DNA of 64,000 nt. It comes from Octopus sinensis. Taxonomy: Eukaryota. The stretch lies in assembly GCF_006345805.1 (NCBI RefSeq), contig NC_043003.1:100006001-100070000 (forward strand), written 5' to 3'. Below, in pieces: positions 24,880 to 37,300 of the stretch (its first letter is position 1; every line of letters begins with the position of its first letter). Under the pieces are notes generated by a model that searched no databases, had not been told where the DNA came from, and worked only from the letters and a program-made list of their open reading frames with translations. Both the position numbers and the translations under genes were made by a program.

Positions 24880-25730
24880 AACTTTGCCCAGTCTATCCTT
24901 ATCTATCTATGCTCTCAGAGCAGCCAGCTCTGCTACTGACTTGGCCATCTAGATAAAGGAAGCTATCAACTACTTCCAGCTCTCCCCACTAGCATTTGAT
25001 CGAGTTTATTTTCTGTACAATTTTAGTGTTTGTTGTACCTCTGCACCTTCCACATGCAAAACCTATTTTCTCTGTTAACCTTCCTCTGTACCCCTTATGT
25101 GTACTAGCTAACACTGGGTACATTTTATGGAGTTTCTACCTATGCTTTTCTACAGATTGAGCAAGGCCATCTACCTGAAGGGGTTTGTGATTTGTCCACT
25201 TTTCTACTTACTAAGATTTTGGTTTTTGCTTGGTTAACTTTAAGGCCCTTTGATTCTAGACCTTCCTTCCACACCTGAAATTTCTTCTCTAGCTCTGGAA
25301 GAGATTTGATTATAAGAACAAGGTCATCAGCATAGAGGAGCTCCCAGGTGCAGCCCATCTTAAATTCCTGTTATTGCCTGGAGGACTTTGATGAAGAAGA
25401 GGGAGCTGAGGACTGATCCTTGGTGAACGCCTACTTGTATCCTAAATTCATCACTATACTCATTGCCAACCCTCATCTTACTGACAGCATCCCTGTATGT
25501 GACTTGTACAGCTCTCACCAACCTCTCATCTATCCCTAGTTTCCACATTGACCACCAGATAAGGGAGCGGAGGACCCTGTCAAAGGCCTTCTCTATGTCA
25601 ACAAAAGCCAAGTGCAAAAATTTATTTTTGGCTAGGTACTTCTGCAGCTGTCTCACCAGAAATATAGCATTAGTGGTGCTTCTCTCTGATACAAAACCAA
25701 ACTGCATCTCATCTAGACTATCTTCCTAAT
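24880..25730 (-). mobile_element. RTE LINE RT fragment
   Basis: ORFs 25360-25707 (MQFGFVSERSTT...DIEKAFDRV...GVHQGSVLSS) and 25140-25358 (WELLYADDL...GRWPCSICRK). Confidence 0.92.
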
Positions 25731-26269
25731 TAGTTGGGCTATGACCCTCACTGTAACACACACGCACACACTTGTTAACATCATACACATTTGATTAACT
25801 TTAGAGAAAATGTGAAATAATTCTTTTTTGGAATAATGAATCTGAAAGCAAACATAAAGCTATGCACAGTAGCATGTAAATATTGAGTACTGAACTTAAA
25901 ACCATGTGGTTGGGAAGCAAACTTCTTAACATGAGATTTGGCTGCTATTTCTAGCAGGCTAAGCGACCATGTAGTGTAGAAGATCTCAAATGTTGTGCTG
26001 CAGTGGGTATCTAGATATACTGGGAATTTAAAAAAATATAATTCTAGACTATCCACACTAATGATTGTGTATCAATATGTAGAACTATGTAAGTCATAAT
26101 TTTGTAATATACAACTAGAGAGCCGCAGCCATCACCAGTGAACAAGTTATGGTTTGGTAACATGTATGACGCTTTCATGAATTATTTTAGGTGCCTACAT
26201 GGTTGTGAGCAGACATAGGCACCCCCTTATTCTCCTAATCTTTGACCATTCAAAGAAAATGGTGGGTGG

Positions 26270-26520
26270 TTAAGAAGTTTACTTCTCAACTATATAGTTT
26301 CTGGCTCAGTCCCATTTGAGCAAGAGTCTTCTACTGCAACCCCAAGCTGACAAAAAAAAGCCTTGTGAGTGGATTTCGAAAGCAGAAACTGAAAGACATC
26401 TGTCGTGTGTGTGTGTGTGTGTGTGCATGTGTGCATGCGTGCACGTGTTTGCATCTCCTTTTCATGGCATCACATGATAGTTATAAATGAACATCACCAT
26501 CATACAAATAGTTTCCCTTG
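26270..26520 (+). mobile_element. SINE family 1, degenerate
   Basis: ggttaagaagtttacttctcaac...gagcaagagtcttctactgc...gccttgtgagtggattt...gaaactgaaag. Confidence 0.65.
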
Positions 26521-27477
26521 TTTCCAGATTGGAGTAGATTTACTAAGTTTGGAATGAAAAGAAAATGTTTGAGGCAAACTTGAATTTTTTTACAGTCAGA
26601 CTTTTGCTCAAAGAAGACAAAAATTGGCTCAATTGTGAAGAACTTGGATTGAAGACATTGACAAGAATAGGAAAGAAGGATGAATTTTGTAGAGAGGATT
26701 CAAGTTAAGCTTGGTTGAACAGACCTATAGCATGCTTCTGCAGCAATACAAAGATGTATTATTCCAGATATACCATGCCTTTTCCTACTTGATGACCATA
26801 CTGTACAGTTGTTAAGAGTATGGGATGCAGTTTGACTATCTGAACGTATTGGATTCTCCCCAGTATCCTGTCTATTTCTATAGATATTTTATTTAGCTTT
26901 AGGTCAGATGTTATGTAGCAGATCTATATTCAAAGTTGTATGTCAGGGGTTACATTGTCTAATCCTTATATTTTAGACAATAGGATGTAACGTAGTTGAG
27001 ATTTGGCAACAATCTATAGTGTGATGCAGTGGACTAGCAGTGTTGTGTTGTATAGTGTGATGCAGTTGTGTAGAAGTGTAAGGTTGTATAGTGTGATGCA
27101 CTAGTATAGTAGTGTAGCGCGGGCGGTATTGTGTGAAAGACAGGAAATGTAGTAGTGTCACGCAGTATGTGATGCAGTAGTAGTATAGATGATGCAGCAG
27201 TGTAGCTTTGCACTATGATGCAGTAGTGTAGCAGAAATATAGTATATTGAGAAGCAATAGAGTTGCAGTATTTTTTTTTACATAATAAATTAGTGAGAAG
27301 AGAAAGGGATGGACCTCCTAGACGAGCGAGATCGATGAACCTTAAACCTTTTCGACAGGTCAAGGTCATGATACGAACTGTGCACTTTTTAGCTGATTGT
27401 CTCGTACCCAATCCTTTGGGTCTTCTTTCGCGTTGTAAGATTTGTGCGTGTGTTTGTATGTGAGCGTGAAAGGGAGG

Positions 27478-27513
<36 letters not shown>

Positions 27514-28615
27514 TGGGACTTGAGCATTGACACAATTTAAATATTTTATTTTCTTTTTTCTAATGTGCAGAAGTGCTGAAGATTACAGCCCTATACAATA
27601 GAAAAGTGCTAGCGAGCAATGTGCTAGGAATTGTTCAAATATTTCCCTCCCAGTGGGCATCAATTTATGCTTCAAGGACTCAAATTATTCAAAAATTTAC
27701 ATAACTGTTTAATTTGTTCTTTTCGTCTGTCGAAGTAGGAACACAGTCTGCAGCTGTGTATGTATCTCCTAATTGTCATGTGCGTGTTATTAAGGCATGT
27801 ATGAGTGTGCATTCTGAGTATATATGAGTTGCGTTTGTGTGTTGTCTATTTATATATTATTCAAGGCAATACACAACCGGCATTATTGAGAGTAAACCAT
27901 GAACAAGCTTCGCAATCGCCCACGACGAAAGTGTGAAGTAGTGAGGTGTGTGCGGGAACTATAGTGACAGAGAGAGTGAGAGAACGAGAGAATGAGGTAG
28001 GGAGACTGATATAAAAGTTATGAAGACGGTGGAGACGGATGTTGTGTCTAGTTTTTCCCGTTTCGTTTTGCTCGACTTTTTATTTAGATTTCTTTGAATT
28101 TTTGTTCCGCGTCAATACGCCGACGCACCCTCCTCACTACTTTGGCGTTGCTTATTCATTCGTTACCCCACTCTGATTTAAGTATAGCCTTTCACTCACA
28201 CCTTTACCTCCCCTTCCTCCTTCTATATTTTACTGTATTACTTCAGTCAACAAACCTCATACTACTACTCCCTTTCTCTCTCGCTATTACTCTTTCTCCC
28301 CCCCCCGTTTTAATTTCTACATAATACACCTCCTACTCCGCTACCTAATCAGCACCTCCCGTTCATGTCTTTGTTATCTCCTTCTTTTGTCGTTGTAACA
28401 CTTCCTCCCCTTCTCATAATCCGAGTACACCATGAGAGTGCGTGTCTCTATATTTGTTATGTGTGGCCGTGACGTTTTCCGATTATGAGCTAGCTCTTTA
28501 AATGTTACGCATACGAATAAACATACCTTTTCATTTGTGTTTGAATCTATATTTTTTGTCCCGATCACTCAGTGTGCGTACGTATACGGTAGCACAGATT
28601 TCGCAATATAAATTT

Positions 28616-28651
<36 letters not shown>

Positions 28652-28929
28652 TATATAAATACACACACACACAAACACGCATGCATACGAGTGATACCTC
28701 CTTGTGTGTCCCTGTCTATTTGAATTTATGTGCTTTTTCGCATATATACGCGAATAGTTGTATATATATATATATTCAATCCCTACATTTGCACAGCAGT
28801 TATTGTGTTTATAATTACAAAAAAATTATATAAACATAGTACTGCACATAAAATATATTTGTGAGTGAGTGCTTGTACTCAACCGTCCATTTCTCTTTGT
28901 GTTCGAGTTCATCGTCTCTTCCTTCTAAC

Positions 28930-28990
28930 CGAAAATCTCGTGAGATTGCAATTATGTTAATGAGCTCGTTTCTCTGTTTCAGCCAATCAG
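28930..28990 (+). promoter_or_regulatory. Candidate proximal promoter of the hnRNP gene (palindromic TCTCGTGAGA element and CCAAT box)
   Basis: AATCTCGTGAGATT at 28934-28947 and AGCCAATCAG at 28981-28990, 380-430 nt upstream of the ATG, in CpG-rich sequence. The TSS is not determinable from sequence. Confidence 0.45.
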
Positions 28991-29364
28991 AATCAAACTA
29001 TTTGAGTTTAGCTGCAAGAATCGCATTTAGGATTTTTTCTTTTACTGTAGACACGACATTGTCAGCGCTAAGCACGCTGCCAAAGGTCTCTATTTTTTTA
29101 GGGGCTTAGCTTAATTTTTTTTAGGGATTTTAAACCATTTTTTTTATATATTTATATACATTTGAACACCAACGTACAGGAAGACAGTGTTTGACTTTTT
29201 TTTAATCTCTTTTTGCTACCTTTCTCGTGAGTGTCGTAAGTTTTTTTGTCCCCCCCCACTTTCATCTAAAGATTAAATCTATATCATATAGAGATCCTTT
29301 CACTAAATATATAATATAGATAGATAACTTTAGATACACATTTACACAAATATATACACATATA

Positions 29365-29531
29365 ATGGCAGAATTCCAGACTGACACTGTGGAGATGGAC
29401 GGAGAAAATGGAGCTAACAACATTGATGGCCACGAAAATGTGGAGAAAGCCGTCGCTACTTTTGAGGAGTCGGCTGCAATGGAGACAGTTGATGGAGAGG
29501 AAAGTAAAGGCAGTGATGATGAAGATAGTAG
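29365..29531 (+). CDS. sqd: hnRNP exon 1 (acidic N-terminus)
   Basis: [16 protein letters not shown]...[10 protein letters not shown]. Donor AG|GTGAGA, phase 2. Confidence 0.82.
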
Positions 29532-32500
29532 GTGAGATGTATTTTTGATTTCTTCTTTTTATTATTATTGACAATATTACGATTTATTTAAACGTAGCAT
29601 CACAGTTTTAAATCTCCCACTTCTTTGTACATCTGAATCCTTAAAGGAGTTCAATATGAAGCTGTCCCAATCCGTGACCCGGTTTCGATTCCATCTTGTA
29701 ATACTTTCACTTCACTTAATTTGTCTCAGCTGTTCTTTACAATAGAATGAACATCACATACCCATTCGCCGCTTCCTTTCTGGATGGCTTTTACCGATCA
29801 CTGTTCACGATCACATTTTCACTCCTATTACCAATTTTCTCTCTATTCGTATTGGGAAGTATATTCCTATGCAAGAATTTACCAGTATTGGGTTCTTTAG
29901 AAAAGGTTTGAATATTGTAAGAAACATTTTTCCAAGCATATATGTATAAAAGACATCGGTTTTGTGTGAACTGAAAAGCGTTATTAATAAACATGGAGTC
30001 CATGTCTCGGTTTCGATTCTCAATTAAAATTGCTTTACTTCTACATCGCAAAAAGTTCTTTCCACTTCACATTATGAAGAACTATTAATAGGTGTATGGT
30101 TGTTGCCACAATGGAACATCGAATTTGGCAGAAATGTTGGGAAAACAACGTAATTTGACTGCTGTATTCAAGTTCAGTGTGATCCAGGAAAGCGGGAGCA
30201 TCTCCGGAAATGTTTGGCACAGAGGAAAATAGTTGTTGCAATAAAGGAAGTATTATTGTTGCGGCGTAAAAAAAAAACGGAAAATTTTTACAACTTCTAA
30301 AAATTTACCTACAATAACAAAAGTAAATCTGTTTTATAGTTTGTCTCTTCGTCACGGTATATTGCCTTTCATCTCCCCGGGGGTCCTTCAACCTTTACTA
30401 AAATTGCTGTGTCTTGTAGAAATTGTGGATAAATAGTTGAGGCTCTCAAAATTATAGTAGTGGATCTTGATTTATAAGAAATAATATATTCTTTTCTACT
30501 CTAGGCACAAGGCCCGAAATTTGAGGGGAGGGGGCCAATCAATTAGATCGACTCCAGTACTTAACTGGTACTTAATATATCGACCTCGAAAGGATGAAAG
30601 GCAAAATAAATAATATATGACGGTTTTTAGAATGTAATGGCAGATCCAGAGTTTTAAGATTATTCTGGTAGATCCAGAATGTGGTGGTAGACCCAAATAA
30701 GTTGATAACGTGCCTGTATTTTGTTGTGTCCCTTGGCAAGATACATAACTCCACTTGCCTTTAATTGCATGTAAAAGAGATGATTGTACGACGCACTGGT
30801 TGGTTTTAGGGTAACTAGTGTAACAGAAAGGCACTGTTCCAAGTTCGATTATCAAAGAGATTTCTTCGAAGCTAGATGAAATAAGTACCAGTAATATAAT
30901 GTGATCGATTCTGTCGTTTCTATACTGCAAACCTGTCTAAATTGGCGTTGATGTTGATTGAACGAATGTCTCACTAAATATATTTGATGTGCTTGCTTTT
31001 TGCCCAGTTCCGAGTTCAAATTCGGTCGGAATTGGTTTAATGTTTCATTTCGAAGCAGTAGTAGCTAAACAGAATCAAACAACAGAACTTAGCAGAATCT
31101 AGCGATGGAAAAACATTCTACGTTAATAATATAGATGATAGGCAAGAGGGAATATATTTTATTATTTCATAAAAAAGGAGGTATTTTAGCTACGTTTCTC
31201 TCTATTCTGAAGTAAAATAGTAGTGACATGGACTGGGTCGATATCATCGACTATTCTTTGTAATAATCAATGATGTATTTAACCTAGTTGTATCGTAACC
31301 TGCCAAGAAAATGTGTCTTATAACATGAAAATGTTTGCCCAATTTCATTTGAAGAAACTAATGATGCTGGCTTGTAGTAGTATTAATGATATCTAGTTAA
31401 ATAGTGATAATTGCATATCGCTGTAGTATGTCAGTAGTAGTAGTAATAAATTCAAATTTTGGCACAAGACCAGTAATTTAGGGGTAGGAGGTCATGTCAA
31501 TTATATCAACCCCAGTGTTCTACTGGTACATATTTGATCGACCCCGAAAGGAAGAAAGGCAAAGTCGACTCTGGCGGCATTTGAACTCAGAATGTAAAGT
31601 CGGAAGAAATACTGCTAAGCCGGCATGCTAACGATTCGCCTGCTCGCTGCCTTAATAAATTTCAAATTTTTGGCATACGGTCAACAAATTTACAGGAGAG
31701 GGTAAGTCAATTACATCGTCTTGATTGGTACTTAAATTTTATAGATTACGAAAAGGATGAAAGGACCAAATTTACCCCGTCGAAATTTGAACTCAATATA
31801 AAGCACTGGAAGAAATGCCGCTAAGCATTTTCCCGGCGCGCTGACGATTCTGCCAACCCCGTCGTCTTAATAATTCCTCCTAATTTTGGCACAAGGGCAG
31901 CAATTTTCATGAGGGGGAAATTAATTACATCGACCCCGAAAAGATGAAAAGTAAAGTCGGCAACATTTGAACCCAGAACGTTAAGAGCAATAACGATATA
32001 AGAAATTCTGTGGTTTTTTGGAAGTAGAAGTACAGAAACTGATACAACAACCCAGTAAATGAAAGCTTGAAGAAATTTCTGGTGATTTTCTTTCTGCAAA
32101 ATTCATTTAGTACTAAAATTAGCAAATGGGGCTGAGTTCATATTCTGCGACGAGAGGTGGTGTGATGGTTCGCTCGTTGTTTGGTATAATTATAATATAG
32201 GAGGAGAATAGCGATAATGCCGCAATAGCAATCTCGTACTGCGGAAATAACGATCTAAAGGGGTTGTTATTTAACCCTTAGACACTCCTGATGAGCATGT
32301 TTTTCAGCCTTTAAAATAGGACTACAGTATTCACTGTACCCATTTTTTTTAAAAGATGGGGTGATTTGGGTAAAGGTGGGGAGGAGACTGCTGTTTCTAG
32401 CCCTATTGTTGGTTCGAACTACAGTGGAATATAGTTACTGTGATCACTGGGATTGAATCATAAACATTGAATGTAAAGATATCCTGGTCTTTATTTTTAG

Positions 32501-33138
32501 GGACCCACTTATTTTGATAAGGTCATCATTGATTATTTAGCGACTTTCACTGTATTGTAGTTACATAGAAGCTTTAGTAATAATTGGCAAAGTAGTAATG
32601 GAAGTAGTTGAATAACGAGGAAAATGGTTTATTTTACTGATAGAATCGCTTAGAATCCGATTTCTATGGTGCGAGAGACGTTTTTCCATTCTTCAGATTA
32701 CACACATTTGTAAATATGTATATCAGATGCTGTGCACATTATCTGTGTTAAATTATTAACTCATCTCTTTCTTTTTTTCACTTCCTGGTCTCTAAAAAAA
32801 TTATATCTTTAGCACATACCTTAACTTCAGGAACATGTATATGTGTATAATTCTACAGATTCATATACACTAGTACTTATCGGTTCTTTCTGATATTTTA
32901 ATTACATTATACCAGGTAATCAATGTATCTGGTCTAGGCAATTGAACACTGCTCAACAATATTATTGATGTTTTTGTTTTGTTTTAAACTCTTAAAATGG
33001 TTTATCTCACACAAGTGTGTGTGTCTTGGAATTCCTTGATATTTTATAGTTGGCAAGCACGGAGGAATTTCAGTTGCGATCAGGTGTTGTACAAACAGGA
33101 TGTATTTGCTGCATCGCCACAGCAGTCCTATTTCTCTC

Positions 33139-33173
<35 letters not shown>

Positions 33174-34342
33174 TTCTTTTACTCATTTCAGCCATGCGGC
33201 TTATTCACCGTTCTTTCCAACATCACTCCGTTATTGATAAACAAAAATATTTTGATGCAATTAGATTGTTTTAAAAACATCTTAGGCATATTTGAAATGT
33301 TCCTTTTCTTTTTCGTTTTCTCGTTCACTTGCTCTGCTAAATAAATATGGAATTCCCCAGATGGCCGTGTACTAGATAATAAAGCATTTTATAACCGTTG
33401 TTTCATGTCACTTTTGGACAACGAATCTAACTCTCTCATAACCTCAGCGAAAATGTCTCGGCTAAGACTTGAACTTTTGGTAGACTTCTCTTCTCGAAAA
33501 CTTAGTATGAGTCTGGTGTGTAGACAATGATTCAGTAGCTTATCTAATTTTTTATTTTTCGTGTGAGAGATGTTCTGTAATGGTCGACAAATAGATCTCG
33601 AAACTATGCCTAATTATGGCTTTTGCTTGCAATTTCTATGGTTGTAGTGGTGCTATTTTCTCGTAGAAACAAAGAAAAAAAATTAGATCTTCATACTGTG
33701 GCAAGATGAATTAGAAACGGATGTATGAAGTTCACACGTCAAAATGTATTGGGGAAAAAATTCTATTTGAAATAATTGCCCGATTTTGTGGCCGTCCACC
33801 TTAACGCCGGTTCTTATCAAAGATGGCTTCCTTTGTAGCTTTTTCTTCTCCTTTTCTGTTAAAGAAAGACTTAATTGACAGAATATCCGTCTTCTCTTCA
33901 CGTTATTTTATTGGATTTCGTATATTAAAAGTGTACATAATTCCCTGTGTGTGTGTGCGTATAAAATATACACATGCATCACTTAACGTACAAGTTCCAT
34001 GCTGACATGCATAAATATATGTATACTTACAGATATCATATACACATTAACATTATATATAAAACACGTAGGGACACAATTGGTGCTTTAAAACCACAAT
34101 AGTTAAGTTTCCATTAATTATACTTATCTTCTACAAATGCTTGTTTATAAAAGATATTCATATTTACATAATTACATTTAGATGTATAAAACCTGACCCA
34201 TCACCCCTAAGTGTTTTCAGTGTTGTTTTACTGAATAAATTGTAAATTTTCTGTTATTATAACTGATTTTATTTGTTTTACAGAAAACTGTTTGTTGGAG
34301 GATTAAGTTGGGAGACAACTGCCAGTAAGTAATACATGAGTG

Positions 34343-34388
<46 letters not shown>

Positions 34389-37300
34389 CACCTTACACTT
34401 TCACATGTGTGTGTATGTATATATATATATAAATAAACAAACAAACACACATACGCAGGCATATATGTAGCTATAAATAACTGAGCACAAACACTGATGA
34501 CTATATTAAGCATATACACACGCACATTTATGTATTCTTAACAATAATAGTTATATATAATTACATGTACAGATCTGACTTCACTGCTAAACCCGTCTTT
34601 CTCTCTCTAAAACATTAATCCCACCACCACTACCATCTCTTTCTTCATTGCACCCCCCCCCCATCTTTTAAGCATAATTTATTCACTTTTGTAGTAATTT
34701 TTTACGATCACACATTTCTATGGTTTAATTCTTTCTCCAAGACAAATCGCTGTTTCAATTCATTTCATTCTTCCACACATGAACAGCTCTTGTATAGTAG
34801 TAGTATCAGCTACAGTTGAAGCAGCAGTAGTAGTAGTCCCACTACCAGCTGTAGTAGAAGCAGTAATAGCAGCAACATTGAGACTGGTTAAAGTAGTAGT
34901 TAGCTATAGCAGCAGCAGTGATGTTGCTGGTTATAGTAAGAGTAGTAGTAACGATAGCAGTAGTAATTGTGTGTCATCCGCTCCTATATTCGATCTCAGT
35001 GTCTTCCTCCTCCCTACGAAACGAGTTGTTTGTGTGATACCGTGTGAATGTGTAAAATAATGAAAACGTTGTTTAAAATTTCCTTGGAAATTATGAGGAT
35101 TAAATTAGGGAATGGTTTCATGTTGACTATTTTCCATGGTCTCTTGTACATCACAATATTTTCGGTTTCGTATCTATGAAAGAACTTCAACCAGCGTGTC
35201 TGAAACTGTGCACCTGCCAAGACCCCTTCTCCGTCGGGCACTGGTTGTTAGATACGATTGTTCATGGATGTTTGTCCCTTAGTAATTTATTATACATGTT
35301 CTCAAGCTTACACTTCTATTAAAAATGTTCCTGCATAAATATATATAATCTCTGACACATATGTGCGTGTGTGTATATTTGCGCGCACACACACGCGCAA
35401 CCGATATACAAGTATTTACAGAGCAGTGTAGTCGCTCACACTGACAGCAATGCAGAACGTGATGTCTCACATAAATTCTAAAGCAGTCTTCCATAATAGC
35501 ATCAGCAGTACACATATACTCAGGTTCTAGTCCTCCCCCCCCCTCTCTCTCTTTTTCGCGGGTTTACCTTCTAAGATCACCACCGCCAATCTTTCTCTTC
35601 CCCTCCCACAGTCGTCAGCCTTCCTTCCTTCTCCATTTTTACACCATGGGACTAATTTTGTTCTCTCATTACTGCTTATTATTCTTAATGTTACCATTAA
35701 TGCACTTTTGCAGCTTCACCACCATCAGTCGATCACTTCAGCTCTGTGACGGCTACAAACAGAGGAGTGTATATATCTAGGCTGTTGTTGATTTAACATT
35801 GTATATGTCTGTAGGAGCGTGTATATTGAATAAACAATAGAATGAATAGACATTCTGTGTATGCAGTCCGAAGTTGTGTATATATAGTTATGTTACCTGT
35901 GGTAGTGCATCTCTGGTTGATTATGTGTGTGTGTGTGTGTCTATATCCAAATCTGTTTGAAATGTGTACTTAGTTATGGCGATGGTTTGTTAGATGACAG
36001 CAGGAGGAGTATCCCTTTAAAAGGAGAGCAGTTGCAGCAGTCACAGCAATTTTTAATCGGCTTTGCCATTTAATTATTCAACCTTAACTTTTTATCTCCC
36101 CATTACCCAAATAATTAGCTGTAATCTCGATTGTACCCCCCCCCCCCCCGCATAATTGTCGCCTAAATCACACTCACACACATGATATTCTTATTGATTC
36201 GTTATAGTTTGGCATTTATTGATGATGTCTCGTTAATAAATAAATTATTTAATAGTGATAACTCCAGTAATGCTTTAATTAGTACAAGCATATAGAGTAG
36301 GACCTGATTCGGTATGTGGATTAAGACAGCTAGAAATCAGTCGCAGATTAAATGACTTAAAATTTTTGTCTTTCTGGCTTGGATAAAACTAGTGACTCCC
36401 TCCTCTAAAATAACCGGTTATCGTCGTCGATAACAAAGAAAAGCCGATTGTTATGTATATTAATTTTTAGACTGTGTAGTTATAAAAATAAATTATAATT
36501 GTAGAGGAGTTAGTAGTAGTAATCTGCTGCGAAAGTGTTTAAATTGTAATAACTAACGATAAACAGCCGGTGCTTGTAAAAAGAAGATAAAAAAAAGAAC
36601 CATGTTTAATTAGCTTTGTGACGCTGGACTAATTATAATCCTTCACTCCTTTCTCATCTCGAATTATTTTTTCTCGTCATTTTTCCTATTTTTCCCCTTT
36701 CAATATTTCTATATCGTCCTTCATATCCTCATCTCCCCATCGTTCATGTTCAATTAAAAATATCCATCCTAAACATTTTAAAACCGGGAGACAAACTATT
36801 CCTTTCTCAAACTACGTGTCTCCTCATCCTGGCTGACTACATTTCTCTAATCTATGTATTTTACTCTTCTTGCCCAAAATTACCAGTTATTCTATTTCCG
36901 TGACACCCATCGTAATTCTTTCTCCTCAGATACATTATTTACACGCACGCACACGTGTATATAAGTGTGTGTGTGTATGTATATATATACATATATACAC
37001 AAACACACACACACCATGGTCAACCGTTGAACCCTCATTCATTGTTCTTTCCATCTTCCTTCACTTCTCATATAAGAAAACCATTCATCTCATTATTATT
37101 TCACTCATTAAATTAAAAAAAAAATTTCGTCTAATATACTTAATAAATAAAGAAAAGAGAATTCTAAGAATATTAATAATTCTTCTTTTGCTGTTGACTG
37201 TTGTATAACCGATGTTTATCCAAATAACGGTATGCCAAATTTATATATATATATATATATATAAACAATAGAGTGAAGTATTCACTATGTGTAGAATACC

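Noticed and set aside
29236-29290. 5'UTR intron from GTAAGT at 29236
   Set aside because: The nearest acceptors are weak and would give an about 55-nt intron. It cannot be supported without transcripts.
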